Shown: positions 20,611 to 30,145, counted from the stretch's first letter. The stretch: 64,000 nt of DNA from Betaproteobacteria bacterium Ga0077523 (GCA_001464695.1 LNDQ01000098.1:76771-140770), one strand, 5' to 3'. A program made the numbers and translations. Notes: generated by a model from the sequence alone, not told the origin.

Positions 20611-21131
20611 TCGCTGTGCACGGTGGTGGCATGCCGTCCCCATGGGTGGTGCGCTGGGCGAACGAACTCGCGGCCGGCGCGCCAGTCCTGGACGTGGCAA
20701 GTGGGGCGGGGCGGCATGCAAGGTTCCTGGCGGATCGGCCCTGTGCCGTGACGGCGGTCGATCGGGACGCGACACTCATCGGCGAGCTCGCCGGGGTGGC
20801 GGGTGTTGCGACGCTCGTCGCCGATCTCGAGGCCGAGCCGTGGCCTCTGCCCGGCCGGCGCTTTGCCGGCGTTGTCGTGACGAACTATCTCCATCGGCCG
20901 CTGCTCCCTGCGCTCGTCGACGCGGTCGAACCGGGCGGCGTCCTGATCTACGAGACGTTTGCGGCGGGCAACGAACGCTTCGGGCGGCCTTCGAATCCCG
21001 ATTTCCTGCTGCAACCCGGGGAACTGCTGGAGCTCGTGCACGGTCGCATGCGCGTACTCGCCTACGAGGACGTGTTCGACCCGGTGCCGCAGCCCAGGAT
21101 GGTCCAGCGCATCTGCGCGCGCAAGCTTTAG
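20607..21131 (+). CDS. class I SAM-dependent methyltransferase
   Basis: [16 protein letters not shown] (motif I) and [12 protein letters not shown] at 20607 overlaps the fliR TGA; ATG at 20631 is an alternative start. Confidence 0.75.
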   Translation: MIAVHGGGMPSPWVVRWANELAAGAPVLDVASGAGRHARFLADRPCAVTAVDRDATLIGELAGVAGVATLVADLEAEPWPLPGRRFAGVVVTNYLHRPLLPALVDAVEPGGVLIYETFAAGNERFGRPSNPDFLLQPGELLELVHGRMRVLAYEDVFDPVPQPRMVQRICARKL

Positions 21132-21178
21132 ATGAGAGAGCCATCGGGTACAATGCCGGCTTTTCGGAGGAGCTCCAC

Positions 21179-22072
21179 ATGCTGACCGGCAGCCTCGTCG
21201 CCATCGCGACTCCCATGCAGCCGGATGGCAGTCTCGATCTCGACCGGTTTCGCCGGCTGATCGACTGGCACATCCACAACGGCACCAACGGCATCGTCGC
21301 GGTCGGAACCACGGGCGAATCGCCCACCGTCGATTTCGACGAACATTGCCTGTTGATCCGCACCGCCGTGGAGCACGGCCGCGGTCGCGTGCCGATCATC
21401 GCAGGTACGGGCGCCAACGCCACCCGTGAAGCGATCGAGCTGCAGAAGTTCGCCAAGTCCGCGGGTGCGGACATGGCGCTGTCGGTCGTGCCCTACTACA
21501 ACAAGCCGAGCCAGGAAGGCCTGTACCGTCACTTCAAGGCGATCGCCGAGTCGACCGACCTGCCGACCATCCTGTACAACGTGCCCGGCCGTACCGTGGC
21601 CGATCTCCAGAACGACACAGTGTTGCGGCTCGCGGGGGTCAAGAACATCGTCGCGATCAAGGATGCCACCGGCAACCTGGAACGCGGCGCCGATCTGCTG
21701 AAGCGCCTGCCGCGCGATTTCGCGGTCTACAGCGGTGACGACGGCACCGGACTCGCCCTCATGCTGATGGGCGGGCATGGCGTCATTTCGGTTACCGCCA
21801 ATGTGGCACCAAAGGCGATGCGCGAGCTGTGCGATGCCGCGCTGTCGGGCAATCTCGTCCAGGCGCGGGCCATCAACGATGCACTGCTCGGGCTGCACAA
21901 GCATCTGTTCGTCGAAGCCAATCCGATTCCGGTCAAGTGGGTGCTCGAACAGATGGGTCTGATCGGCGCGGGCATGCGACTGCCGCTCACGCCGCTGGCG
22001 GAACAGCATCACGCGCTGTTGCGCTCGGCGATGCGTCAGGCCGGCATCGAACGCGAAGCGCAGGCAGCGTGA
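21179..22072 (+). CDS. dapA: 4-hydroxy-tetrahydrodipicolinate synthase
   Basis: [40 protein letters not shown] and LYNVPGRT. Trimmed from ORF 20579..22072. Confidence 0.96.
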   Translation: MLTGSLVAIATPMQPDGSLDLDRFRRLIDWHIHNGTNGIVAVGTTGESPTVDFDEHCLLIRTAVEHGRGRVPIIAGTGANATREAIELQKFAKSAGADMALSVVPYYNKPSQEGLYRHFKAIAESTDLPTILYNVPGRTVADLQNDTVLRLAGVKNIVAIKDATGNLERGADLLKRLPRDFAVYSGDDGTGLALMLMGGHGVISVTANVAPKAMRELCDAALSGNLVQARAINDALLGLHKHLFVEANPIPVKWVLEQMGLIGAGMRLPLTPLAEQHHALLRSAMRQAGIEREAQAA

Positions 22073-22107
22073 GGGCAGGGCGGGACGCACCGGCATCGAG
22101 CCGGCCG

Positions 22108-23265
22108 ATGCTGACGATGCAGGTCATGGTCCGCCGCGCGGGTTGCACGTTGATCGTGGCGAGCCTGCTGGGCTTGAGCGCGTGCAGCGGGATGCTCGAA
22201 GGCAAGAAGATCGACTACAAGTCTTCGGCCAAGACCAAGCCGCTCGAGATTCCACCGGACCTCACGGCACCGACTGCCAATTCCCGCTTCCAGGTGCCGG
22301 ACTCCGGTGGGGCGGCAACGGCGACGTATTCTGACTACGAACAGCAGCGGGCCGGCGGCAAGCCGGTGCCATCGAGCACGTCGGCAGTCCTGCCGACCTT
22401 CGAGAAGGCCAGGTTCGAACGTTCGGGCTCGCAGCGCTGGCTCGTGGTCCCTTCGAGTCCGGAACAGCTCTGGCCCGTGGTGAAGGAGTTCTGGCAGGAG
22501 AACGGTTTCATCATCACCATCGAACGACCGACCGTCGGCGTCATGGAAACCGACTGGGCTGAGAACCGGGCGAAGATCCCCACTGGCGGATTGACCGGGC
22601 TCATCAACAAGGCCCTGGATTTCGCAACGTCCAGTCCCGAACGCGACCGGTTTCGCACGCGGCTCGAGCGCAATGCGGACGGCACGGGCACCGAAATCTA
22701 CGTAAGCCACAAGGGCGTGACGCAGGTCATCCAGTCCGACCGGGCGCAATCGAGTACGCCGATCTGGACGCAGCGGCCGTCCGATCCCGACCTCGAGGCC
22801 GAATTCCTGAGCCGGCTCGCGGTGCGCCTCGGCGTTGGCGACAAGAAACAGGCCACGCAGATGGTGAAGGCGCTCGACAAGGAACCGCCGCAAGCGAATG
22901 TCGTCAAGACCGGTAACGTGACCGCGCTGTCACTCAACGATGGTTTCGATCGGGCGTGGCGCCGCGTCGGCCTCGCCCTCGATCGCATCGGCTTCATGGT
23001 GGAGGACCGCAACCGCGCCGACGGGACCTACTTCGTGCGCTACCAGGATCCGGATGCACCAGCTGCCAAGAAAAGCGCGTTGTCGAAGCTCGCCTTCTGG
23101 CGCAGCGACGACGCCGGCAAGGGGCCGGAACAGTATCGCGTGATGCTGGCGAGTGCTGCCGCGACCGGTCCGACCGAGGTCAAGGTACTCAACAAGGACG
23201 GGGCGCCGGACAGCGGCAATACGGCCAAGCGCATCCTCAACCTGCTGGCCGAACAGTTGCAGTAG
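22108..23265 (+). CDS. bamC: outer membrane protein assembly factor BamC (NlpB) lipoprotein
   Basis: Lipobox LLGLSAC, WLVVPSSPEQLWPVVKEFWQENGF, and the position after dapA. The start may be ATG at 22108, 22117 or 22126. Confidence 0.85.
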   Translation: MLTMQVMVRRAGCTLIVASLLGLSACSGMLEGKKIDYKSSAKTKPLEIPPDLTAPTANSRFQVPDSGGAATATYSDYEQQRAGGKPVPSSTSAVLPTFEKARFERSGSQRWLVVPSSPEQLWPVVKEFWQENGFIITIERPTVGVMETDWAENRAKIPTGGLTGLINKALDFATSSPERDRFRTRLERNADGTGTEIYVSHKGVTQVIQSDRAQSSTPIWTQRPSDPDLEAEFLSRLAVRLGVGDKKQATQMVKALDKEPPQANVVKTGNVTALSLNDGFDRAWRRVGLALDRIGFMVEDRNRADGTYFVRYQDPDAPAAKKSALSKLAFWRSDDAGKGPEQYRVMLASAAATGPTEVKVLNKDGAPDSGNTAKRILNLLAEQLQ

Positions 23266-23272
23266 TTCGAGG

Positions 23273-24037
23273 GTGCGTTTCGCGTATCTCGGCAGCGGCA
23301 GTCAGGGCAACGGGCTGGTGGTCGAGGCGGGTGAGAGCCGTGTGCTGCTCGACTGCGGCTTCACCCTCGGGGAGACGGTCAAACGCCTCGCGCGGCTGGG
23401 CCTGATGCCGGAAGACCTGGATGCGATCGTCGTCACGCACGAGCACGACGATCACATCGGTGGTGTCGCGCGCTTCGCCCGCAAGCACGAAGTGCCGGTG
23501 TGGATGACCCATGGAACCTTGCGTGGGCTTGAAGCGCAGTTCGACCCGGTAACGGTGCATCTCATCGAGGGGTACCAGTCCTTTGCCGTCGGCGACATCC
23601 AGGCCGTCCCGTATCCGGTGCCGCACGATGCCGGTGAGCCGGCCCAGTTCGTTTTCTCCGACGGTGCACGCCGGCTGGGGGTGCTGACCGACACGGGTTG
23701 CTCCACACCGCACATCGAGGAACTCCTGTCGGGTTGCGATGCCCTGGCGCTCGAGTGCAACCACGACCTCGAGCTGCTGCGCAACAGCGGCTATCCGCCG
23801 TCCCTGAAGCAGCGCATTGCCGGACGGTTCGGACACCTGGACAACGGCTCCGCGGCACAATTGCTGGCGAGCCTCGATCGCTCCCGGTTGCAGCATCTGG
23901 TCGCGGTACATCTGTCGCAGCAGAACAACAGTCCGGAGCTCGCGCGCGCAGCGTTGAGCGCGGTGGAGGCGTGTGACGTCTCGTGGATCGCCGTCGCCGA
24001 CCAGTCCGACGGACTGGACTGGCGGGACATCCGCTAA
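23273..24037 (+). CDS. MBL-fold metallo-hydrolase
   Basis: HEHDDHIGG motif with an LGSGSQGN N-terminus. GTG start at 23273, trimmed from ORF 23153..24037. Confidence 0.85.
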   Translation: MRFAYLGSGSQGNGLVVEAGESRVLLDCGFTLGETVKRLARLGLMPEDLDAIVVTHEHDDHIGGVARFARKHEVPVWMTHGTLRGLEAQFDPVTVHLIEGYQSFAVGDIQAVPYPVPHDAGEPAQFVFSDGARRLGVLTDTGCSTPHIEELLSGCDALALECNHDLELLRNSGYPPSLKQRIAGRFGHLDNGSAAQLLASLDRSRLQHLVAVHLSQQNNSPELARAALSAVEACDVSWIAVADQSDGLDWRDIR

Positions 24038-24078
24038 CCAGCTGCTAGCGGGTAGTGCCGGAGGCCTGACGGGCAAAC

Positions 24079-24104
24079 AAAAGCCGGCTTTCGAGGCCGG
24101 CTTT
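24079..24104. terminator. bidirectional hairpin terminator between convergent genes
   Basis: AAAGCCGGC-TTTCGAG-GCCGGCTTT. A T-tract (TTTTGTTT) follows on the minus strand. Confidence 0.65.
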
Positions 24105-24133
24105 CCCTGGTGCAACCCGGGGCTGCAGCAGAA

Positions 24134-24340
24134 TTACTTCTTCTCTTCGGGCTTCTTCTCTTCCGCGGCAGGAGCGGCCTCGGCGGGCTTGGCGGCGTCG
24201 GCCGGGGCCGGCGTGGCGGGAGCGGGTTCGGCCGGCTTGGTTTCAGCGGCGGGCGCCGGAGCAGGCGCGGGTTCTTCCTTCTTGCCGCAGGCGGTCATGG
24301 CAAGGGCGAGGAGGGCGGCAACGAGAAGCGAGCGGTTCAT
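24134..24340 (-). CDS. small Ala/Pro/Glu/Lys-rich lipoprotein
   Basis: MNRSLLVAALLALAMTAC lipobox followed by a low-complexity PAPAPA/EEKK tail, 68 aa in total. Trimmed from ORF 24134..24583. Confidence 0.6.
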   Translation of the reverse strand: MNRSLLVAALLALAMTACGKKEEPAPAPAPAAETKPAEPAPATPAPADAAKPAEAAPAAEEKKPEEKK

Positions 24341-24500
24341 GGTGTTCCTTGTGGATGGCGGTTGATCGGGATCCGGCGGTTGTTGCGCGCCGTCACGAAA
24401 GGCTGTGGACGCCGTGTGCAACGACCGACACCGCGAATTGTAACGGAATCCTACAATTCGAATCCAGGGGTGAAACTCTTTTTTTTCAACACGCTGGGCC

Positions 24501-25004
24501 CTAAAGCCCGAGGGTCGTCGCCGGTACGGCCGGATCCGACGCGGCCCAGAGCTCTTCGAAACGGTCGTGCAGGGTACGGGCACCCAGCGGATCGTCGATC
24601 GCCAGGATTCCCTGGGCGCCGTCGTAGTGGAAGCGGTGGGCGTAGTGCCGGTCGTCGACCAGTACGAAGGGGTCGTACACGTTCTTCGCCTGGTCCTGGG
24701 TTTCGTGAATGGTGATGATGTGGCTGAACTGCCGCAGCAAGTTGAGCAGCCGAGGGCACGCCCGATACAGGGGATGCGGATCGTGCAACACGATCCGCAT
24801 CTGGTTGCGGCGACTTTCCAGGCAGAAATGCCGCACCAGGTTGACGCGGTCCTCGGAGTTCCATTCGTGGCCGAGGGTCTTGCCGAACACGACCACCTGA
24901 CGGCGCGCCAGCGGCAGGACGCGGTCGATGGCGGCGTCCAGCGCGGTGCGATCGTCCAGCTTCTCGAATTTCGGTTCCGGGGCGAGATCGGTTGCGGCGT
25001 TCAT
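24501..25004 (-). CDS. conserved hypothetical protein (167 aa), translationally coupled to the upstream JmjC hydroxylase gene
   Basis: MNAATDLAPEPKFEKLDDRT... has protein-like, non-repetitive composition. Its ATG overlaps the TGA of the upstream gene (ATGA at 25001..25004). I recognise no family. Confidence 0.6.
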   Translation of the reverse strand: MNAATDLAPEPKFEKLDDRTALDAAIDRVLPLARRQVVVFGKTLGHEWNSEDRVNLVRHFCLESRRNQMRIVLHDPHPLYRACPRLLNLLRQFSHIITIHETQDQAKNVYDPFVLVDDRHYAHRFHYDGAQGILAIDDPLGARTLHDRFEELWAASDPAVPATTLGL

Positions 25005-26140
25005 GGTCGTTCTCCGGGTGGGGCGGCAGCGACGTGCACGAAGCCAGTCGCATGCCATTCGCGCAGGATCCCGACCACCGGGGGCGGCAACCGGGACGGC
25101 GACAGACGGCGCCGATCGGCGAGCAAGCGCAGGGCATCCGGCACCCCGCGCGGGAAACGAGTGCATTCGCCGTTCAGGTATACGGCACCTTTGCCGTACA
25201 GCATGAGACTTTTCAGGTCGAGTTCGATGCCGTGCCGGGCGACGGCGGCGTCGAACGAGCGGGCAGACAGCCGCGTGGAGGGCGGGTCGAACACGACTTG
25301 GGCCTTGGGCTCGCTCAAGTAGCGGCCGAGGAAATCCTCGACGTCGGAGCGGCGGAACCGCAACCGCGCGAGATTGGCCTCGGTGGCACGGATGAGATCG
25401 TCGCCGATGCGTCCGGGCGAAGCGGTAGGGCGAAGGTGCGGATCGGCGTAGCGGCCGTCGATGTCGAGCCGATCGGCGAAATCCTCGAGAAACCGCCCGG
25501 TGAGCTCGCGCAGGGCCGGCGCACGGAATCCGATCGAATACGTGGTGCACGCGTCCACTGCGATGCCGTGGTGGGCGCAGCGCGGCGGCAGGTAGAGCAT
25601 GTCGCCGGGATCGAGCACCCATTCGTCCTCCACGCGAAAGCGCCTGAGGATCTTGAGTGGCGCTCCCGGCACCAGGTCGAGGTCGCGCTGGCGGCTCACC
25701 TGCCAGCGGCGGCGTCCGAAGCCCTGCAACAGGAACACGTCATAGGAGTCGAAATGCGGGCCGACGCCGCCACCGGGCGCGGCGTAGCTCACCATGAGGT
25801 CGTCCAGGCGAGCATGCGGGATGAAGTCGAAACAGCCGAGCAATCCTGCGCCCGCGGCGACGTGCAGGTTGACACCCTGTACCAACAGAGTCCAGTTCCG
25901 GGCCGGCAGCGACGCAAAGTCACGGCGGTGAAACGGGCCCTGCTGCATGCTCCAGCGGCGCCCATCGCGCAGGACCAGCCGCGATTCGACGTCGTCGCGG
26001 CAGGCAAGCCGGATCAAGTCGTCGCGGCCGAGAAAACCCTGGAATCCCGGCACTGCCGCCCGGGCGAGCAACGCATGCTTCTGCCAGTGCCGGGACAGAA
26101 ATGCGCGCGGCGTGAGGCCCGCGAGTAGACTCGAACGCAT
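25001..26140 (-). CDS. cupin/JmjC-domain protein, ribosomal oxygenase (RoxA/YcfD)-like
   Basis: FLSRHWQK, NWTLLVQGV, GGGVGPHFDSYDVFLLQGFGRRRW and YLPPRCAHHG (2-His-1-carboxylate pattern). I trimmed the start to MRSSLLAGL. Confidence 0.8.
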   Translation of the reverse strand: MRSSLLAGLTPRAFLSRHWQKHALLARAAVPGFQGFLGRDDLIRLACRDDVESRLVLRDGRRWSMQQGPFHRRDFASLPARNWTLLVQGVNLHVAAGAGLLGCFDFIPHARLDDLMVSYAAPGGGVGPHFDSYDVFLLQGFGRRRWQVSRQRDLDLVPGAPLKILRRFRVEDEWVLDPGDMLYLPPRCAHHGIAVDACTTYSIGFRAPALRELTGRFLEDFADRLDIDGRYADPHLRPTASPGRIGDDLIRATEANLARLRFRRSDVEDFLGRYLSEPKAQVVFDPPSTRLSARSFDAAVARHGIELDLKSLMLYGKGAVYLNGECTRFPRGVPDALRLLADRRRLSPSRLPPPVVGILREWHATGFVHVAAAPPGERP

Positions 26141-26246
26141 CGCCGGATTATATCGGTGGCGAGGCCGAAATCGGCGGGGCCGGCGTGCGAGTTGCGTGCA
26201 AACGAATTCAGTTATCATCCGCCGCAGCTTCGATCGGGAGTGGTGG

Positions 26247-26717
26247 ATGCTGAACGTGGGTGACGAAGCGCCGGGTTTCGATCTGCCCGATGCCGAGATG
26301 GAGATGGTGAGCCTCGCGTCGTTTCGCGGCCGACACCATGTGATCGTCTATTTCTATCCCAAGGACGACACACCCGGCTGCACCATGGAGGCGATCGAGT
26401 TCAGCGAACTCGACGACGAGTTTCAGCGCCACGGTGCGGTGGTCGTAGGCATCAGCATGGACGATTGCCTGTCCCATGGCTCGTTCCGCGACAAGCACGG
26501 GCTTGCGGTGCAACTGCTCGCCGACACCGAAGCGGAAGCCTGCGAGCGCTACGGCGTGCTCTACGAAAAACAGCTCGACGATGGCCGCAAGAAGCGCTGC
26601 ATCCAGCGCTCCACCTTCATCGTCGACAAGAAGGGGCGGCTTGCCCGCGTGATGTACGGTGTCAACGCGCGCGGCCATGCCGCCGAAGTCCTGCATATGA
26701 TCAAGGAACTCGAATGA
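26247..26717 (+). CDS. bcp: thiol peroxidase / peroxiredoxin Bcp
   Basis: VIVYFYPKDDTPGCTMEA and RSTFIVDKKG. Trimmed from ORF 25947..26717. Confidence 0.92.
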   Translation: MLNVGDEAPGFDLPDAEMEMVSLASFRGRHHVIVYFYPKDDTPGCTMEAIEFSELDDEFQRHGAVVVGISMDDCLSHGSFRDKHGLAVQLLADTEAEACERYGVLYEKQLDDGRKKRCIQRSTFIVDKKGRLARVMYGVNARGHAAEVLHMIKELE

Positions 26718-27199
26718 CCCAGGAAGTGGCCAAGAACACGGTGGTATCCCTCAGCTACGAACTGCTCGACACGGAAGGCAAGGTGATCGAGAAGACCGAC
26801 CAGCCCATCAGCTATCTGCACGGCGGCTACGACGGGATCTTTCCTCGCGTCGAGGAGGCACTGCACGGCCGCAAGGCCGGCGATAGCTGCTCGATCAAGC
26901 TCGAGCCGGACGATGCGTTCGGCGAGTACGACGCGGAACTGATTCGCACCGAACCACGCAACCTGTTCCCGAAGAACGTGAAAGTCGGGATGCAGTTCGA
27001 AGGTGCCGCGGAGGGCTCGAAGAACGTGATGATCTACACCGTCACCGACATCGCCGAGGACAAGATCGTCGTGGACGCCAATCACCCGCTGGCTGGCAAG
27101 ACCGTCCAGTTCAGCTGCACCATCACCGACGTGCGCGCCGCCACGCAAGAAGAGCTGCATCACGGCCATGTGCACGGGCCGGGCGGCCACCACCACTGA
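26714..27199 (+). CDS. slyD: FKBP-type peptidyl-prolyl isomerase SlyD with a His-rich tail
   Basis: VVSLSYEL, YLHGGYDGIFPRVEEAL, DANHPLAGKT, and the tail HHGHVHGPGGHHH. The ATG overlaps the bcp TGA. Confidence 0.9.
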   Translation: MTQEVAKNTVVSLSYELLDTEGKVIEKTDQPISYLHGGYDGIFPRVEEALHGRKAGDSCSIKLEPDDAFGEYDAELIRTEPRNLFPKNVKVGMQFEGAAEGSKNVMIYTVTDIAEDKIVVDANHPLAGKTVQFSCTITDVRAATQEELHHGHVHGPGGHHH

Positions 27200-27224
27200 G
27201 CGCCGTGGCGACGTTGGACGAGAC

Positions 27225-27254
27225 GGGCTGACTGCGGTCAGCCCGCTTTCTTTC
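27225..27254 (+). terminator. hairpin terminator after slyD (overlaps the 3' end of the convergent permease gene)
   Basis: GGGCTGAC-TGCG-GTCAGCCC followed by GCTTTCTTTCC. Confidence 0.6.
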
Positions 27255-28053
27255 CGGTGAGCACCCGGATCACGGAGTCGAACGCGGCCTCGCCGGAGAA
27301 CCGCACGCACGCGAGGGTCACGGCCGCGATGGTGAAACCGACCAGCACGGTAACGTCAAGTCCCAACGAGAATTCCGGTGCGAAGCGCCCTTCGACGCCC
27401 GTAAGCAGCGCATGTTTGAGCAGGTCCACGCCGTAGGTGTACGGGTTGAGTGTCGCGACGATCCTGAGCCACTGTGGCAGCTGGGTGATCGGGTAGAGCG
27501 ATCCGCTCAGGAAGAACACCGGGAAGATCACGAAGTTCATCAGGGCGGCGAAGTTGTCGAGCGTCTTCGTGAAGGCTGCGGCGAGCATGCCGATGCCCGC
27601 GCAGGCGGCAGGCACCAACAGGAGGCCAAGCACCAGCAACGGGATGTCGATCGCGGCGAAGCGCAGGTAGCCGAGGAGCGCCAGCAACACCAGCAGCATG
27701 AGGGCCTGCAGCAGAGCTGACACGACGGCACTCAGGGTCTTGACGATAACGATCCAGTAGTGCGCGAACGGGGCGATCACCAGCATGCGCATTACGCCGG
27801 ATTCCTTGTCGTAGACCATGGTGAGCGCCGAGAGCATGGCGCCGAACAGCATGGTCATGCCGAGCACCCCGGGTGCCAGGAACTGCTGGTAGGAGAGTCC
27901 TCCCGCGCTGCCCAGCACTGCCCCGAAGCCTGAACCGATCACGAGCAGCCAGATCATGGGGCGCACCATGGAGGCGATGAGACGCGTCCGCTGGCGGCCC
28001 AGTTTCAACACTTCGCGCTGCAAGACGGCAAGGATGGGCCGCATCATGCTCAT
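27238..28053 (-). CDS. ABC-2 type transporter permease
   Basis: 271 aa with six predicted TM segments and the ABC-2 N-terminus MSMMRPILAVLQREVLKLGRQRTRL. The ATG overlaps the ATPase TGA (ATGA). Confidence 0.85.
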   Translation of the reverse strand: MSMMRPILAVLQREVLKLGRQRTRLIASMVRPMIWLLVIGSGFGAVLGSAGGLSYQQFLAPGVLGMTMLFGAMLSALTMVYDKESGVMRMLVIAPFAHYWIVIVKTLSAVVSALLQALMLLVLLALLGYLRFAAIDIPLLVLGLLLVPAACAGIGMLAAAFTKTLDNFAALMNFVIFPVFFLSGSLYPITQLPQWLRIVATLNPYTYGVDLLKHALLTGVEGRFAPEFSLGLDVTVLVGFTIAAVTLACVRFSGEAAFDSVIRVLTGKKAG

Positions 28054-28985
28054 GGGCGCGGTCCTGGAAGATCGGCGCCGGCGTGGACCCACAGGAACAC
28101 GTCGTTCAGGTTGGGCCGGCGCACGCGCATCGCCGTGGCGAGGTCACCCAGTTCTTCCTGCAACCGTGCGAGCGGCGCAGTGTCTTCGTGGGGGTGGAGA
28201 AAGAGGGCCGTGTTGCCTTCCTTCAATCCTCTGCCGAGGGTCGGTTGAGCCTGCGCCAGCAGCGCCTCCACGTCGGCGCTCTCGAACTCGACCACGTGAC
28301 GACCGAGGTTCTCCACCAGGGCGCGCGGGGCACCTTGCGTCACCAGGCGGCCCTTGCGGATGAAGGCCACGCGCTCGCAGGCGTCGGCCTCCTCCAGGTA
28401 GTGCGTGGTCAGCAGCACCGTCATGCGGTTGCGCTGGCGCAGGCCTTCGATGAAACGCCAGATGCGGCGCCGGACCGGAATGTCGAGGCCGATGGTGGGT
28501 TCGTCGAGGAACAGTACGCGTGGTTCGTGGATGACGCCACGGATGATGTCGAGAGCGCGGCGCTGCCCGCCCGAGAGCGAACCGGTCGGTGCATGGAACT
28601 TGTCGGCAATGCCGAAGAGTTCCAGCAATGCCTTTGCCCGCCGCTCGATCTCCCCACCCGTCAGGCCATAGAGCCGGCCCGCGAAGCGCAGGTTCTCCGC
28701 GACCGATAGCGTGCGATCGAGAGCCGACTCCTGGAAGACGAGTCCGATCCGGCCGCGAACGCCGACCGCATCCGCACGGACGTCGAACCCCGCCACGCGA
28801 GCCGACCCCGCGGAGGGGCGCACGAGCGTGGCCAACATGTGGATCGTGGTGGTCTTGCCCGAACCGTTCGGTCCGAGCAGGCCGAAGAACTCGCCTTCGG
28901 CGATCTCGAGATCGAGTCCGTCCACCGCAACGACCTCGCCGTAGCGGCGTTGCAGCCCCTGCGCCTCAATGGCGCAGGCCGTCAT
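28050..28985 (-). CDS. ABC transporter ATP-binding protein (ABC-2/DrrA-like subfamily)
   Basis: Walker A GPNGSGKTT, signature LSGGQRR and Walker B LFLDEPT. I trimmed the start to MTACAIEAQGL at 28985; that ATG overlaps the pqqE TGA. Confidence 0.9.
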   Translation of the reverse strand: MTACAIEAQGLQRRYGEVVAVDGLDLEIAEGEFFGLLGPNGSGKTTTIHMLATLVRPSAGSARVAGFDVRADAVGVRGRIGLVFQESALDRTLSVAENLRFAGRLYGLTGGEIERRAKALLELFGIADKFHAPTGSLSGGQRRALDIIRGVIHEPRVLFLDEPTIGLDIPVRRRIWRFIEGLRQRNRMTVLLTTHYLEEADACERVAFIRKGRLVTQGAPRALVENLGRHVVEFESADVEALLAQAQPTLGRGLKEGNTALFLHPHEDTAPLARLQEELGDLATAMRVRRPNLNDVFLWVHAGADLPGPRP

Positions 28986-30145
28986 GTCACGGGCGTGGTG
29001 TCGGCCTTCTGCGCGGACAGCAGGCGCGAATTGCGATCGTCGCGGAACACGATGGGCTTCACGTTCGGCGGCAGGGTCGGTCGATCGGCCTTCTCCACGG
29101 CCTCGGTGATGAGGTGGTGGAACGGAGAGAGATCGCAGACCGGGTCCGCATTGCGTGCGTCCCCCGTCAGCATGTACGCCTGGCAACGGCAGCCGCCGAA
29201 GTCCTTCTCTTTCTCGGGGCAGGTGCGACACGGTTCCTGCATCCAGGCGTCGCCGCGATAGGCGTTGAAACCGGGCGAGTCGTACCAGATCCACTTGAGG
29301 TCGTGCTCGCGCACATTCGGGAAGGTGAGGCCTGGCAGCATGCGTGCTTCGTGGCAGGGCAGGACCACGCCGTCCGAGGTCACGGTGACGAACAGCGATC
29401 CCCAGCCGTTCATGCAGGCCTTCGGCCGATTGGAATGGTAGTCGGGGACGACGAAGTAGACCTTCATCTTGTCACCCACCCGTTCGCGGAACTTGTTCGT
29501 GACCTCTTCGGCGCGCTGCAGCTGATCGCGGCTCGGCAGCAACTGGTCGCGGTTCTCGAAGGCCCAGGCGTAGTACTGCGTGTTGGCGAGCTCGACGTAC
29601 TCGGCGCCGAGCTGCTCCGCCATCTCCAGGATCTGCTGCGTGTGGTCGATGTTGTGACGGTGCAGCACACAGTTGAACACCATCGGGTAGTCGTACTGCT
29701 GGATCAACTCCGCGACCCGCTTCTTGAGCTCGAAGGTCTTGGTGCTGGAGAGCCAGTCGTTCATCTCTCGCGTGGAATCCTGGAACGAGAGCTGGATGTG
29801 ATCGAGACCGCCTTCCTTGAAGGCGGCGATGCGCTTTTCCGTGAGCCCCACACCGGAGGTGATCAGGTTGGTGTAGTAGCCGAGCTTGCGCGCCTCGGCG
29901 ATGAGGACCTCGAGATCGTCGCGCATGAGCGGCTCGCCCCCGGAGAAGCCGAGCTGGGTACAGCCCAACTCGCGGCCTTCGCGCAGGACCTTGAGCCATT
30001 CATCGGTGTTCAGCTCCGGGCCATAGCTCGTGTAGTCGGTCGGGTTGTAGCAGAACACGCAGTGCAACGGGCACTTGTACGTGATCTCCGCGAGCAGCCA
30101 CAGGGGGTTACCGGGGCGCTTTGGGTCTGATCCAGCCGTTTCCAT
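28982..30145 (-). CDS. pqqE: PQQ biosynthesis radical SAM peptide cyclase PqqE
   Basis: WLLAEITYKCPLHCVFCYNP (CX3CX2C) and a SPASM Cys-rich C-terminus (CRTCPEKEKDFGGCRCQAY). Confidence 0.96.
   Translation of the reverse strand: METAGSDPKRPGNPLWLLAEITYKCPLHCVFCYNPTDYTSYGPELNTDEWLKVLREGRELGCTQLGFSGGEPLMRDDLEVLIAEARKLGYYTNLITSGVGLTEKRIAAFKEGGLDHIQLSFQDSTREMNDWLSSTKTFELKKRVAELIQQYDYPMVFNCVLHRHNIDHTQQILEMAEQLGAEYVELANTQYYAWAFENRDQLLPSRDQLQRAEEVTNKFRERVGDKMKVYFVVPDYHSNRPKACMNGWGSLFVTVTSDGVVLPCHEARMLPGLTFPNVREHDLKWIWYDSPGFNAYRGDAWMQEPCRTCPEKEKDFGGCRCQAYMLTGDARNADPVCDLSPFHHLITEAVEKADRPTLPPNVKPIVFRDDRNSRLLSAQKADTTPVT

Noticed and set aside
20607-21131. The methyltransferase overlapping the fliR stop, considered as a flagellar modification enzyme.
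   Set aside because: It is a generic class I SAM methyltransferase, and as far as I recall the methyltransferase-dapA-bamC-MBL hydrolase block is a common housekeeping arrangement. The overlap depends on an uncertain GTG start (ATG at 20631 is equally plausible). There is not enough evidence for a flagellar role.
20579-23265. Very long N-terminal extensions in the ORF track. Examples: 20579..22072 for dapA, 21829..23265 for bamC, 6564..8750 for fleR, 34454..36718 for the kinase, 3284..4759 for the crotonase, 62356..63837 for the propeller, 28050..29294 for the ABC ATPase and 18371..19516 for fliP.
   Set aside because: The extensions read through upstream genes in another frame and translate to low-complexity sequence. 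Family-typical N-termini, Shine-Dalgarno sequences or stop/start overlaps identify downstream starts.
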